Shown here one piece after another: positions 8,563 through 17,896 of a stretch of 64,000 nucleotides of DNA. Position 1 is the stretch's first letter; each line of letters begins with the position of its first letter. The DNA is taken from positions 3,040,847 to 3,104,846 of the forward strand of contig CAWGOF010000003.1 of assembly GCA_963824225.1 (NCBI GenBank). Direction: 5' to 3'. The stretch is from an uncultured Acidobacteriota bacterium. Lineage in GTDB: Bacteria; Acidobacteriota; Polarisedimenticolia; Polarisedimenticolales; Polarisedimenticolaceae. The notes beneath the pieces are model-generated. The model did no database searches. It was not told the DNA's origin and was given only the letters and a program-made list of their open reading frames with translations. Position numbers and translations under genes: made by a program.

Positions 8563-10713
8563 CTACGGATGGGCGATCACGAGGAGCGTCGGCGCGCGCT
8601 CGAGCACGCAGGTCATGCAGCGGCGCAGGCTCTCGGGGTCGAGCGCGGCGAAGCTCTCGTCGAGCACGACGAGCTCGGCGCGCTGGAGCAGCGCGCGGGC
8701 GATGTACACGCGGCTGCGCTCGCCGTGCGAGAGCTGCCAGCCGGTCTCGCCGACCATCTGCAGCAGGCCCGCGGGCATGCGATCGAGGAGCGGGCCGAGG
8801 CCCAGCTCGCGGCACACCTTGTCCGCCTCGGCCAGGTCGTCGACGTGGGCCGGCCAGCCGCGGCCCATCAGCAGGTTGAACGCGAGCGTTCCTGTGAGCA
8901 CGTGGTTCTCGTGGAACTGCGGCGCCGTGGCGATGCGCGAGCGCCAGGCCGGGATGCCGAGCGTCGCCCGATCGAGGCCGCCGAGGAGCACGAGCCCCGA
9001 TCCGGGCTGGCGCAGGCCGGCGACGATCGAGGCCAGAGTCGACTTCCCGCCGCCCGATGGCCCCTCGAGCAGCACGCGGTCGCCGGGATCGATGCGCAGC
9101 GAGCAGCCGCGGAGCACGGGCTCGCCGCGGTCGACGTAGCGGAACACGACGTCCGACGCCGAGACGAGCGGCCCCGCCGCGTCCGCCGCGGCGGCGCCCT
9201 TCGCGCGCTCCGCGGCGGCGGTCGCCGCAGCGGCGGCGCGGGGCGGGCGGACGATCTGGGGTCGCGCGGCCGCGCGGAAGAGCGGGGCGATCGCGCGCCA
9301 GGCCACGATCGCCCCGGCGACGTGCCGCGCGCCGCCGGCGAGGCGCGAGAGCGCCTGGTGCGCCAGGAACACGCCGCCGAGCCCGATCGCGAGCTCCTCG
9401 ACCGACGCCGTGCCGCGCACGAACGCCGGCGCGAGGCCGGCGAGACCGACGGCGAGCCAGCCGGTCGGGATCGCGAGCGACAGCGTGGCGCCCGTGCGAT
9501 CGAGATGCCGCGACCGCGCGAGCAGCCGATCGAGCGCCTCGTCCTCGCCCGCATGCCAGCGCGAGCGCGACTCCTGGGCCAGGCGCGTGCGATGGCCGAC
9601 GAGCCGCTCGACGAGGTCGTGCGTCAGGCCGACGCGCGTCCCGGTCCAACCCTCGCGTGCCCCGAGGTAGCGCAGGCCGACGAGCAGGGTCAGCGCGACC
9701 CAAGAGAACAGCGCGAGGACGTGGAGCACGCCCCCGGCCCCGAACGCCAGGACCAACGCCGCGGCGAAGATCTCGATCCCGGCGAGGATGCCGACGAGAC
9801 CCCCGCTGATGGCGAGCGACTCGACCGCTTCGGACTCGATCACCTGGCCGAGGAGCTGGCCCACGCCGCGATGCCGGATCTCCTCGGGCTCGAGGCGCAG
9901 CGCGGCGGCGAGCAGCCGGCGCTTGATCAGACCGCCCGCGGCGAGGGCGACGAGGCCCTGGCACCAGCTCGCGAGCATGCCCAGCGGAACGAGCGTCAGG
10001 AGGATCAGGGCCCAGGCGACGAGCCAGCCCGCATCGAGCCGGCCCTCGAGCGCGCCGCGGCCGATCGTCCACCACGACAGGATCCACAGCGCGCAGCTCG
10101 ACGCGTAGGCCAGGACCAGGCCGCCGAGGGCGCGCGGGAGGCCGATCCCGCGCAGCTGGTCGAGGAAGTCGGCCGACGGCGGAAGCGCGATGCTCCACAC
10201 GCCGTCGATCGGCTCCGTGCCGAGCCGCTCGCCGAGAAGCGCGTTCACCGAGCGCGCGCGGCGACCGTGTGGCACCCCGGCGCTCTCGAGGAGCCGGGCG
10301 ATCTCCACGCGCGTCGAGGCTTCGAGCGCTGAGACCTTCTCGCCGAGGACGTCGTCGATCGCGACCCACACGCGCGATCCGTCGGGCGCGAGGAGCTCGA
10401 CGCGGCGGCGGCTCCCGCGCAGGACGACGAGAAGCGCGGCGACAGCAGCGCCGATGCGCACGAGCGCCGGTCCGCTCGTGCGGAGCCACCGCGCGAGCTC
10501 GGCGTGCGACAGGCCGAGCTCGTCGATCTCGATGCCGATCCAGGCCGCGGCCTCGTCGAGCCAGCGCTCGAGCGCTTTGCGGTCGCGCGGCGGAGGGCCC
10601 GCATCCCCGAGCGCCCGCGGCTCGAGACCGGCGTCCGCGGTGAGCGCCTCGAGCGCATCGCCCAGGCGGTCGAACGGCCAGGCGTACGCCGCGATCCCCG
10701 TCGCGCGGCTCAC
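8563..10713 (-). CDS. ABC transporter, fused permease/ATP-binding protein (no peptidase domain)
   Basis: six-TM region then ABC ATPase: GPSGGGKST Walker A, LSHGERSRVYIARAL signature, VLDESFAALD Walker B; probable GTG start overlapping stop of upstream PCAT gene (GTGA). Confidence 0.7.
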   Translation of the reverse strand: MSRATGIAAYAWPFDRLGDALEALTADAGLEPRALGDAGPPPRDRKALERWLDEAAAWIGIEIDELGLSHAELARWLRTSGPALVRIGAAVAALLVVLRGSRRRVELLAPDGSRVWVAIDDVLGEKVSALEASTRVEIARLLESAGVPHGRRARSVNALLGERLGTEPIDGVWSIALPPSADFLDQLRGIGLPRALGGLVLAYASSCALWILSWWTIGRGALEGRLDAGWLVAWALILLTLVPLGMLASWCQGLVALAAGGLIKRRLLAAALRLEPEEIRHRGVGQLLGQVIESEAVESLAISGGLVGILAGIEIFAAALVLAFGAGGVLHVLALFSWVALTLLVGLRYLGAREGWTGTRVGLTHDLVERLVGHRTRLAQESRSRWHAGEDEALDRLLARSRHLDRTGATLSLAIPTGWLAVGLAGLAPAFVRGTASVEELAIGLGGVFLAHQALSRLAGGARHVAGAIVAWRAIAPLFRAAARPQIVRPPRAAAAATAAAERAKGAAAADAAGPLVSASDVVFRYVDRGEPVLRGCSLRIDPGDRVLLEGPSGGGKSTLASIVAGLRQPGSGLVLLGGLDRATLGIPAWRSRIATAPQFHENHVLTGTLAFNLLMGRGWPAHVDDLAEADKVCRELGLGPLLDRMPAGLLQMVGETGWQLSHGERSRVYIARALLQRAELVVLDESFAALDPESLRRCMTCVLERAPTLLVIAHP

Positions 10714-13379
10714 GCGTTCTCTCGGACGCGCCCGTCGTCCAGGCGAAACCTGCGCCACGAGCGCGTGCTCTCGAGCCCGTCCCGCAGCTCGCGCTCGGTG
10801 TCGAGGAGCGCGCCGAGGCGCGAATCGGGCTTGCGTGTCAGCTCTGAGGGTGCTCCGTCCTCGACGATCCGTCCGTTCTCGACGACGAGGACGCGCTCGA
10901 AGGATGCGGCGTCCGAGACGTCGTGGGTGATGCACACGAGCGTCGCCGCGCGCCATTCCTTGCGCACGGCGGCGAGGAGCCTTGCGCGCTGCGCCCGATC
11001 GAGGCCGCGGAACGGCTCGTCGAGGATCGCCAAGCGCACGTCCTCGCGCAGGAGCGCGCGGCCGAGGCGCACGCGCTGGCCCTCACCGCCCGAGACGAGC
11101 GCCCCGCCTTCGCCGAGCGCGGTCTGCAGGCCGTCGGGCAGCCGCTCGACGAGCTTGCGCATCTCGGCCACCTCGAGCGCGCGGCCGACGGCGGTGCCGT
11201 CGGCGCCGGGCCCGCCGTACTGCAGGTTGTCGAGGAGCGAGCGGTTCCAGATCTGCACGGCGGGATCGACCCACGCGGTTCTCTCGCGGAGCCAGGCGAT
11301 GCGCGGGGCATCGAGCGGAGCGCCGTCGACCGTGATCGCACCTGAAGACGCCCGGTGCCAGCCGAGGAGCAGGCCGACGAGCGTCGACTTGCCGGCGCCC
11401 GACGGGCCGACGATCGCCACGTGTTCGCCGGCTCCGATGTCGAGCCGCACGTTGGTCAGGATCTCGTGGCCCGCAGCGCGCACGCTCACGCCGTCGAGCT
11501 CGATCCGTACGCCAGAAGAAGAAGTGGGGTCAGGTCTCGGGGTCAGGTCTTTCGACCTGACCCGCAGACCTGACCCCACCTCGTCCTCCATCTCCTCCGG
11601 CGCACCGAGCGGCTCGAGGAGGCGGAGCGTGAGGTTGCGCACCTCGGGGTACTGGCGCAGCGCGAGAGCCAAGCTCTGTCCGAGCGCCGGGAGGTGCAGG
11701 GCCCAGAAGACGAGGAGCAGGACGACCGACGCATCGCCGCCACGCGCGGCATGGGCCAGGACGATCCACGCCGCAAGTCCGAACCCGCACACGCCCCCGA
11801 GCGCCTCGACGCCGACGAGGGCGCTCTGAAGCGCGACGCCGGCGCGGGCCCACTTCGCGAGAAGCGACTCGTGCTCGCGCCTGACGGCGCGCTCGGCCCG
11901 ATGGCAGCGGATCGGGACGAGGCCGAGAAGGGCGTCGAAGTAGAACCGGCTCAGCGCGCCGACGTGCGTCCGCACGCGCATGTCGCGCTCGACGAGGAGC
12001 GGCTGCGCGCACAGGGGCAGCGCGACCGAGACGCTCGCCAGGATGCAGGCCAGGGGCGCGCTCGCCGGGTCGAGCCATGTGATCCCGGCGACGGTGAGCA
12101 CGAGGCCGAAGAGCGCATGGAGCGCCTGGCGTCCGATCTCGGGCAGCTCGCGAATCTGATGCAGGCTGTGGCTGCGCTCGGCCATGTCCGACGCGAGACG
12201 GCTGTGGAAGTACCGGTCGGGCAGACGCGGGATCTTGCGCAGGAACGCGACGCGCAGGCGCAGCTCGAGCTTGCGCCCAAGTCTCAGGACACCGGCGGCG
12301 AGCGGGATCTCGAGGAGCGCGAGCGCGGTAAGGAACAGCAGCACGGCCGCCGTCGCCGCGAGGCGCTGCCGCGCAAGCCCGAGGTCCGACCACACGTGCA
12401 GCAGGCCGCGAAACACGAGCGCCTCGACGAGCACGCCCGCGGCGGCGAGGCCGAGCGCGGAGACGAGGACCGTCGGCGCAAGGAGGCCGTCCGCGCGCAG
12501 CAGGCGCAGCAGCTCGCGGCCCGCTCGCGCGGGCCGCTCCTCGAGCGCCGAGGCGAGCTCCACGGAGGGGTCAGGTCTCGGGGTCAGGTCTTTCGACCTG
12601 ACCCCGTTCACCCTGACAAGCACGATGCCGCTCGCGGCGACCCGCTCCTGCCCCTCGGGCCCGGCCTCGGCTGGCTTGACCGACCAGCATCCGGCCGGGA
12701 TCGCCGCACCGTCGGCGTTCTCGACGAGCGCGTCGAGGACGCGCAGACACTCGGTCCCGCGCGCCAGCCCGCCCGACCGCACGATCGCGGTCACCGCCCG
12801 CGTCGCCGCGTCGAGCGTGGCGAGCTTGCGCCAGCCCTCGTCGGTCGACGCTGCGCCGATGCGCTCGGCGATCGTCGTGCGCTCGAGCCCCAGGGCCGAA
12901 AGCCTCGAGCCGAGCGGCTCGAGGAACGCAGGTGAGCCGGCCCACTCGCGCCAGTACGCCGCATCGACCACCGACTCGTGGATGTAGGCGTCGTCGAGGA
13001 GCCTCTCCCCCGAGATCCACTTGCGCCCTGTGGCGGGGTCCATCACCTGAACCAGGCCGCCGTGCTTGCGCCAGGCCACGACGAAATGCGTGGCTCCGCT
13101 CGGCGAGCGCACGACGAGCAGCGCCGGGAGCTGCGCCCGACCTGGGAGGAGCAGATGATCGGGCGGGATCAGGATCTGCTCGGCCTCGAGCCCCGCGCGC
13201 TGCGCGACCTCTTCGAGCGTGTCGATCGACGTCCCGTCGAGGTCGGTCTGGCACGCCTCGCGCAGCCGGCCGTAGCTCGCGTGGATCCCGAACCCCTGGA
13301 GCAGGCACGCCAGGGCCGCGGGCCCGCAATCCATCGCCGACGTCTGGACGATCTCGGGCGCGAAGTACCGCGGGATCAT
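10710..13379 (-). CDS. peptidase-containing ABC transporter (PCAT): N-terminal C39 peptidase + permease + ATPase
   Basis: 889 aa; N-terminal QTSAMDCGPAALACLLQGFGI C39 cysteine motif; TM domain; GPSGAGKST Walker A, LSGGEGQRVRLGRAL signature, ILDEPFRGLD Walker B; two in-frame palindromic repeat insertions. Confidence 0.8.
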   Translation of the reverse strand: MIPRYFAPEIVQTSAMDCGPAALACLLQGFGIHASYGRLREACQTDLDGTSIDTLEEVAQRAGLEAEQILIPPDHLLLPGRAQLPALLVVRSPSGATHFVVAWRKHGGLVQVMDPATGRKWISGERLLDDAYIHESVVDAAYWREWAGSPAFLEPLGSRLSALGLERTTIAERIGAASTDEGWRKLATLDAATRAVTAIVRSGGLARGTECLRVLDALVENADGAAIPAGCWSVKPAEAGPEGQERVAASGIVLVRVNGVRSKDLTPRPDPSVELASALEERPARAGRELLRLLRADGLLAPTVLVSALGLAAAGVLVEALVFRGLLHVWSDLGLARQRLAATAAVLLFLTALALLEIPLAAGVLRLGRKLELRLRVAFLRKIPRLPDRYFHSRLASDMAERSHSLHQIRELPEIGRQALHALFGLVLTVAGITWLDPASAPLACILASVSVALPLCAQPLLVERDMRVRTHVGALSRFYFDALLGLVPIRCHRAERAVRREHESLLAKWARAGVALQSALVGVEALGGVCGFGLAAWIVLAHAARGGDASVVLLLVFWALHLPALGQSLALALRQYPEVRNLTLRLLEPLGAPEEMEDEVGSGLRVRSKDLTPRPDPTSSSGVRIELDGVSVRAAGHEILTNVRLDIGAGEHVAIVGPSGAGKSTLVGLLLGWHRASSGAITVDGAPLDAPRIAWLRERTAWVDPAVQIWNRSLLDNLQYGGPGADGTAVGRALEVAEMRKLVERLPDGLQTALGEGGALVSGGEGQRVRLGRALLREDVRLAILDEPFRGLDRAQRARLLAAVRKEWRAATLVCITHDVSDAASFERVLVVENGRIVEDGAPSELTRKPDSRLGALLDTERELRDGLESTRSWRRFRLDDGRVRENA
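11525..11578. repeat. palindromic repeat family 1, copy 2, in-frame inside PCAT gene (encodes ...EVGSGLRVRSKDLTPRPDPTSSS...)
   Basis: ggggtcaggtctcggggtcaggtctttcgacctgacccgcagacctgacccca located between permease and ATPase domains without interrupting the ORF. Confidence 0.8.
12567..12605. repeat. palindromic repeat family 1, copy 3, in-frame inside PCAT gene (encodes ...GVRSKDLTPRPDP...)
   Basis: ggggtcaggtctcggggtcaggtctttcgacctgacccc between C39 peptidase and permease domains. Confidence 0.8.
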
Positions 13380-14521
13380 GGCGCAGCGCCGGCGGCGCGC
13401 AGGAGCAGCACGGCCGGTGAGACGCGCTCGACCTCGACCTCGATCGTGCCCGGAAGGCCGTGCTCGAGCGGCAGCTCGGGGTTCGATGCGCCGTCGACTT
13501 CGAGCTCGACGCGCACACGCCCGTCGCGCAGCTCGGTCGACATGTGCGCGACGCGCGCGCGCAGGCTCCCGTACTGGCTCGACGGGAAGCTCGAAAGCCT
13601 CAGCCGCGCCGGCTGTCCCGGGCGGATCCGGCCCAGCGCGGCCTCGGGCGCGAACTCGGCCACGACGTGCAGATCGCCCGAGCCGAGAACCACGCCGAGC
13701 CGGTCGCCGGCGTGCACGAACGCCCCGGCCTCGATCGGTGCGGCCTCGACGATCGTCCCGCGCACGGGCGCGCGGATCGACTTCTCCTCGGCCTCGCGCT
13801 CGAGACGGCCCGCAGCGACCTTCCCCGCACCGATCTCGCCCAGGACGCGCGATACCTCGCGGCGCAGCTGCTCGATCCGCGCCGCGCGGTCGCGCTCGCG
13901 CGTCTGGAGCTCGGGCTCGAGTCGCGCAGCCGCGAGGCGCAGGCTCTCGGCGCTGGCGTTGGCCCGCTCGGCCTCGGCCGCCGCGCGCTCGTACTCGGCG
14001 TCAGACAGGAGCCCCGTGTCGTGCAGCCGCTTCGCGCGATTCAGCGCCTGGGCCGCGGCGGTCGCGGTGACGCTCGCCTCCGTGTGCCGCGCTCGCGCCT
14101 CGGCCAACCCGGCGCGCGCGGCCTCGCGCTCCTGGCCGAGCGCCTGCTCCTGGATCCGGATCTCGCCCTCGAGCGCGCTGAGCTGCGGCGCGAGCGCCCC
14201 CGTGCGCGTCCGCGCCTCCTCGATCCCCAGCCGCTCGGGCTCGGTCGCCAGGGCCACGAGGACCTCGCCCTCCTCGACGGCGCGGCCGAGCGCGAGCGCG
14301 CTCGACACGACGCGCCCCGACACCGGGGCCTCGAGCGCGTGGGCCGCGCGGTCGAGCTCGACCCGCGCCGCCGTGCTCACCTCGTGCACGGCCACGCGGG
14401 CCAGGAACAACCAGGCGGTCCAGGCGGCCAGGAGCACGGCGCCCAGGCCGAGCGCGAGCACGGTTCGGCCGTGCCCGTCGCCCGCGAGACCCCGCATCGT
14501 GCGTGGGAACTCTTCGGACAC
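13376..14521 (-). CDS. HlyD-family membrane fusion/secretion protein
   Basis: 381 aa; N-terminal TM helix, long coiled-coil (AEYERAAAEAERANASAESLRLAAARLEPELQ...), C-terminal beta-barrel region; stop overlaps PCAT ATG (ATGA). Start GTG 14519-14521 or ATG ~14497. Confidence 0.75.
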   Translation of the reverse strand: MSEEFPRTMRGLAGDGHGRTVLALGLGAVLLAAWTAWLFLARVAVHEVSTAARVELDRAAHALEAPVSGRVVSSALALGRAVEEGEVLVALATEPERLGIEEARTRTGALAPQLSALEGEIRIQEQALGQEREAARAGLAEARARHTEASVTATAAAQALNRAKRLHDTGLLSDAEYERAAAEAERANASAESLRLAAARLEPELQTRERDRAARIEQLRREVSRVLGEIGAGKVAAGRLEREAEEKSIRAPVRGTIVEAAPIEAGAFVHAGDRLGVVLGSGDLHVVAEFAPEAALGRIRPGQPARLRLSSFPSSQYGSLRARVAHMSTELRDGRVRVELEVDGASNPELPLEHGLPGTIEVEVERVSPAVLLLRAAGAAP

Positions 14522-14545
14522 GGCCCGACTCTACCGCACTCGCCG

Positions 14546-14589
14546 ATCGGATAGTCGGGCGGCCTCGAGGCAATCCGATCGGATAGGCC
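14546..14589. promoter_or_regulatory. UAS-like palindromes (CCGATCGGATAG; ATCCGATCGGATAG) between HlyD operon start and sigma54 promoter A
   Basis: two copies of the TATCCG-N2-CGGATA-type palindrome, 30-75 bp upstream of promoter A. Confidence 0.45.
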
Positions 14590-14619
14590 GCGCCGGGGAG
14601 AGCCCCGTTTTTCGGCTGG

Positions 14620-14635
14620 CATCGCCGTTGCTATT
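14620..14635 (+). promoter_or_regulatory. sigma54 (-24/-12) promoter A
   Basis: TGGCATCGCCGTTGCT on plus strand; one mismatch from promoter C. Confidence 0.6.
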
Positions 14636-14646
14636 TCTCTTGGCCG

Positions 14647-14756
14647 AGGCCGAACGAGAAAGGACGCGAATCAGACCTACCCCCTGCGGCACAGCGAAAA
14701 CCCCCCTGCAGGCGGAGGCGGAGCGAGCAAGGTTCCGCCTCCGCGTCTTTTTGTTT
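14647..14756 (+). ncRNA. candidate sigma54-dependent small RNA or terminated leader (~110 nt)
   Basis: predicted TSS ~12 nt past promoter A; no ATG-initiated ORF; ends in perfect 10-bp stem GCGGAGGCGG/CCGCCTCCGC (14712-14745) + GTCTTTTTGTTT. Confidence 0.35.
14712..14756 (+). terminator. intrinsic terminator hairpin
   Basis: GCGGAGGCGG-agcgagcaaggtt-CCGCCTCCGC followed by GTCTTTTTGTTT. Confidence 0.6.
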
Positions 14757-14768
14757 AGACTCTCGCGC

Positions 14769-16451
14769 ATGATTCGCACCCTTATCCGCCTGACGATCGT
14801 TGCGCTCGCAGTTCCGGTCGCCGCCCAGCACGCGCACCACGCCGAGCTCGGCGACGATCGCGCGTTGCAGGACGACCCACGACTCGCCGAGGGCCAGATC
14901 GCGCCGCTCCTCGACGGCCTGGGGGAGCATCACCACAAGGTGACGACGACGTCCGAGCAGGCCCAGCGGTTCTTCGACCAGGGGCTCAAGCTGGCCTACG
15001 GGTTCAACCACCGGGAAGCCCTGCGCGCGTTCAAGGAAGCGGCGCGGCTCGATCCCGACTGCGCGATGGCGTACTGGGGCTGGGCCCTCGTCCTCGGCCC
15101 GAACATCAACCTGCCGATGCCGAAGGACGCGGTGCCCCAGGCGTGGGACGCGATGCAGCTCGCGCTCGCGAAGCGCGACCGCGCAAGCGAGCCCGAGCGC
15201 GCGTACATCGACGCCCTGGCCCAGCGCTACACGAAGGACCCCGACGCCGACCGACTGTCGCTCGATCGGGCGTACGCCGACGCGATGCGCGAGCTCCACA
15301 AGCGCTACCCCGAGGACACGGACGCGGCGACGCTCTTCGCCGAAGCGTTGATGGACGTGTCGCCGTGGAACTACTGGACGCGCGAGGGCAAGCCACGCGA
15401 GAGCACGCTCGAGCTCGTGGCCACGCTCGAGGACGTGCTACGGGCCGACCCGACGCACGAGGGGGCGCTGCACTACTACATCCACGCGGTCGAGGCGGTC
15501 GACGCGGCCCGCGGTGCGGCGGCGGCCGATCGCCTGCGCCCGCTCGCGCCGGGCGCGGGGCACCTGCTGCACATGCCGTCCCACCTGTACATCCAGCTCG
15601 GCCGCTACGCCGACGCGTTCGAGGCCAACGCCCTTGCCGCGCGCTCGGACGAGACCTACGTCACCCAGTGCCGGGCCCAGGGGATCTACCCCCTGAACTA
15701 CTTCCCGCACAACCTGCACTTCCTGGCCTGGGCCGCGTTCTACCAGGGTCGCGGCAAGGAGGCGCTCGAGGCGGCCAACAAGGTGCGCGCCGGCGTGCCC
15801 GCCGATCTCTCGGGGAACGACTGGGGGTTGTTCGAGACGTTCCTGAGCATGCCGCTCTACACGATGGTGCGCTTCGGGATGTGGAACGAGATCCTGGCCG
15901 AGCGCGAGCCGCCGAAGGAGCGGAAGCTCTCGACCGGCGTGTGGCACTACGCCCGGGGCCGCGCATACGCGGCGACGGGCCGCGCGTCCGAGGCCAAGCG
16001 CGAGCTCGCGCGCGTCGAGGCGCTGGCCGAGGACCCGGCGAGCGCCGACGCGCTCGTGGGCTACGCGAACGCGGCGCGCCTGCTCGACATCGCGCGCTAC
16101 GTGCTCGCGGGCGAGATCGCCTCGGCCGAGAAGCGCCACGCCGAGGCGGTCATGCATCTCGATCGCGCGACACGGCTCGAGGACAGCCTGGCCTACAACG
16201 AGCCGCCCGACTGGTACTACCCGGTGCGCCACTCGCTCGGCGCGGCGCTGCTCGAAGCGAAACGGCCGGTCGAGGCCGAGGTCGTGTACTGGCAGGACCT
16301 GCGCAAGTACCCCGAGAACGCCTACGCGCTCTACGGCCTGTGGCGCGCGGCCGAGGCCCAGGGCAAAACCGCGGACGCCGAGGAGTACGAGTCGCGCTAT
16401 CGCGCCGCGTGGTCCAAGGCCGACGCGCCGCTGAAGTCGTCGCGGTACTAA
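14769..16451 (+). CDS. secreted hypothetical protein, TPR-like helical repeats
   Basis: 561 aa; signal peptide MIRTLIRLTIVALAVPVAAQHAHHA; helical repeat-rich; no recognised catalytic motif. Confidence 0.5.
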   Translation: MIRTLIRLTIVALAVPVAAQHAHHAELGDDRALQDDPRLAEGQIAPLLDGLGEHHHKVTTTSEQAQRFFDQGLKLAYGFNHREALRAFKEAARLDPDCAMAYWGWALVLGPNINLPMPKDAVPQAWDAMQLALAKRDRASEPERAYIDALAQRYTKDPDADRLSLDRAYADAMRELHKRYPEDTDAATLFAEALMDVSPWNYWTREGKPRESTLELVATLEDVLRADPTHEGALHYYIHAVEAVDAARGAAAADRLRPLAPGAGHLLHMPSHLYIQLGRYADAFEANALAARSDETYVTQCRAQGIYPLNYFPHNLHFLAWAAFYQGRGKEALEAANKVRAGVPADLSGNDWGLFETFLSMPLYTMVRFGMWNEILAEREPPKERKLSTGVWHYARGRAYAATGRASEAKRELARVEALAEDPASADALVGYANAARLLDIARYVLAGEIASAEKRHAEAVMHLDRATRLEDSLAYNEPPDWYYPVRHSLGAALLEAKRPVEAEVVYWQDLRKYPENAYALYGLWRAAEAQGKTADAEEYESRYRAAWSKADAPLKSSRY

Positions 16452-17032
16452 CGCTTCCCCGACCTCGCACACTGGCGATAGCGGAAACAGTTGGTCAGGT
16501 GGTCGTTGACCATCCCCACCGCCTGCATGTGGGCGTACAGGATCGTCGAGCCGACGAACGAGAAGCCGCGCTTCTTCAAGTCTTTGCTCCACGCGTCCGA
16601 GATCTCGGTCCGCACCGGCACGTCCCCTCGCGCGGCGAAGCGGTTCTGCAGCGGGCGGCCGCCGACGAAGCCCCACTGGTAGGCGGCGAAGCTCCCGAAC
16701 TCCTTCTGCACGGCAAGGAACGCTCGCGCGTTTTTGACTGCGGACTCGACCTTCAGCCGGTTGCGCACGATCCCCGGATCCTCGAGCAGGCGCTCGACCT
16801 TGCGCGCATCGAACCGGGCGACCTTGGCCGGAACGAAGCCGGCGAACGCCCGGCGGTACGCGTCGCGCTTGCGCAGGATCGTGATCCACGAGAGCCCGGC
16901 CTGCGCGCCCTCGAGCACGAGGAACTCGAAGAGTGCGTTGTCGTCGTGGACCGGGACGCCCCACTCCTCGTCGTGGTACGTGACGTAGAGCGGGTCGGTG
17001 CCGGCCCAGTCGCAGCGCGTGCGGCGGCTCAT
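16448..17032 (-). CDS. tag: DNA-3-methyladenine glycosylase I
   Basis: ...YHDEEWGVPVHDDNALFEFLVLEGAQAGLSWITILRKRDAYRRAF... strongly Tag-like; start MSRRTRCDW chosen. Confidence 0.75.
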   Translation of the reverse strand: MSRRTRCDWAGTDPLYVTYHDEEWGVPVHDDNALFEFLVLEGAQAGLSWITILRKRDAYRRAFAGFVPAKVARFDARKVERLLEDPGIVRNRLKVESAVKNARAFLAVQKEFGSFAAYQWGFVGGRPLQNRFAARGDVPVRTEISDAWSKDLKKRGFSFVGSTILYAHMQAVGMVNDHLTNCFRYRQCARSGKR

Positions 17033-17778
17033 CCGGCCACCCGGTACCACGCGCGCCCGAGCCACTCGTGGAGCGCGAACGTGCTTTCCTGCAGCGCACT
17101 CGTGCGCGGGATGAAGTCGCCGAGGCGCACGTGGCCTTCGTGGGCGATCCCGGTTGGGGCGGGGATGACCTCGAGCCCCTGGGCCTCGAACGCCGCCTTC
17201 GCGCGCGGGATGTGCGTCGCGCTCGTGACGAGCAGGATCCGGCTCACGCCCGACTCGCGCAGGAGCCGGGCGCTATCCCGCGCGTTCGCCAGCGTGTTCC
17301 GCGACTCGGACTCGACCCAGCGGGCCTTGAGTGCGAACTCCTCCTCGAGCGTCTCGGCCATCATCTCTCCGAGCGGCCGGTACCCCTTCTGCAGTCGACC
17401 GCCGGTGACGAGCATCGGCAGACCGGTTTTCCTGTGGAGCCAGGCGCCGTAGCGCAGGCGCATCAGCGTGAGGAGGCCGATCGTGTCCTTGCCCCCGTAC
17501 TCCGGGGCCGAAGGGTACACATCGCCGCTGAGGATGACGATCGCTTCCGCTTTGGTGGCCGGGCCCAGGACGTCGACCGGCTTCGCGCGCTCGAGCGTCG
17601 AGGCGAGCCAGCTGCTGCACACGGGGATGCTCAGGAGGGCCAGGAGCACCCACGCCGCGACGAGGAGCGCCGTGCCGAGCCGCGGTCGCGCACGCCTCAG
17701 CGCGAGACCGATGGCGGCGAGAACCAGGATGCCTCCCGGCGGAAGCACCAGTGCCTTGATGATCGCGGGCAAGAGCAT
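17029..17778 (-). CDS. DUF218/YdcF (SanA/ElyC-like) family membrane protein
   Basis: N-terminal TM helices, AIVILSGDVYP...RLRYGAWLHRKTGLPMLVTGG...ILLVTSATHIPRA motifs typical of DUF218. Confidence 0.55.
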   Translation of the reverse strand: MLLPAIIKALVLPPGGILVLAAIGLALRRARPRLGTALLVAAWVLLALLSIPVCSSWLASTLERAKPVDVLGPATKAEAIVILSGDVYPSAPEYGGKDTIGLLTLMRLRYGAWLHRKTGLPMLVTGGRLQKGYRPLGEMMAETLEEEFALKARWVESESRNTLANARDSARLLRESGVSRILLVTSATHIPRAKAAFEAQGLEVIPAPTGIAHEGHVRLGDFIPRTSALQESTFALHEWLGRAWYRVAG

Positions 17779-17896
17779 GGGATCTCCATCGAGCACCGCC
17801 GCCTGGGGCGGCCGCCGCCCGGGGCGGCGCCCGGCGCATCATAATGCGACCGTGCTCGGGCTTGCCCACACGCGCGCTCGGCCCTAGCTTGGCCGC

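Noticed and set aside
8498-10489. 663-aa and 587-aa alternate-frame ORFs over the ABC transporter gene
   Set aside because: Low-complexity RP-rich translations; the chosen frame has Walker A/B and the ABC signature.
14522-14620. Sigma54 promoter for the HlyD-PCAT operon on the minus strand
   Set aside because: No GG-N10-GC match found on the minus strand; the only convincing -24/-12 element there is on the plus strand (promoter A).
12978-16451. 1157-aa plus-strand ORF spanning the HlyD region and the TPR-like gene
   Set aside because: High-GC read-through artefact; the N-terminal 600 aa are low-complexity R/A/S-rich, and opposite-strand genes (HlyD) have clear domain content. The real gene starts at ATG 14769 with a signal peptide.
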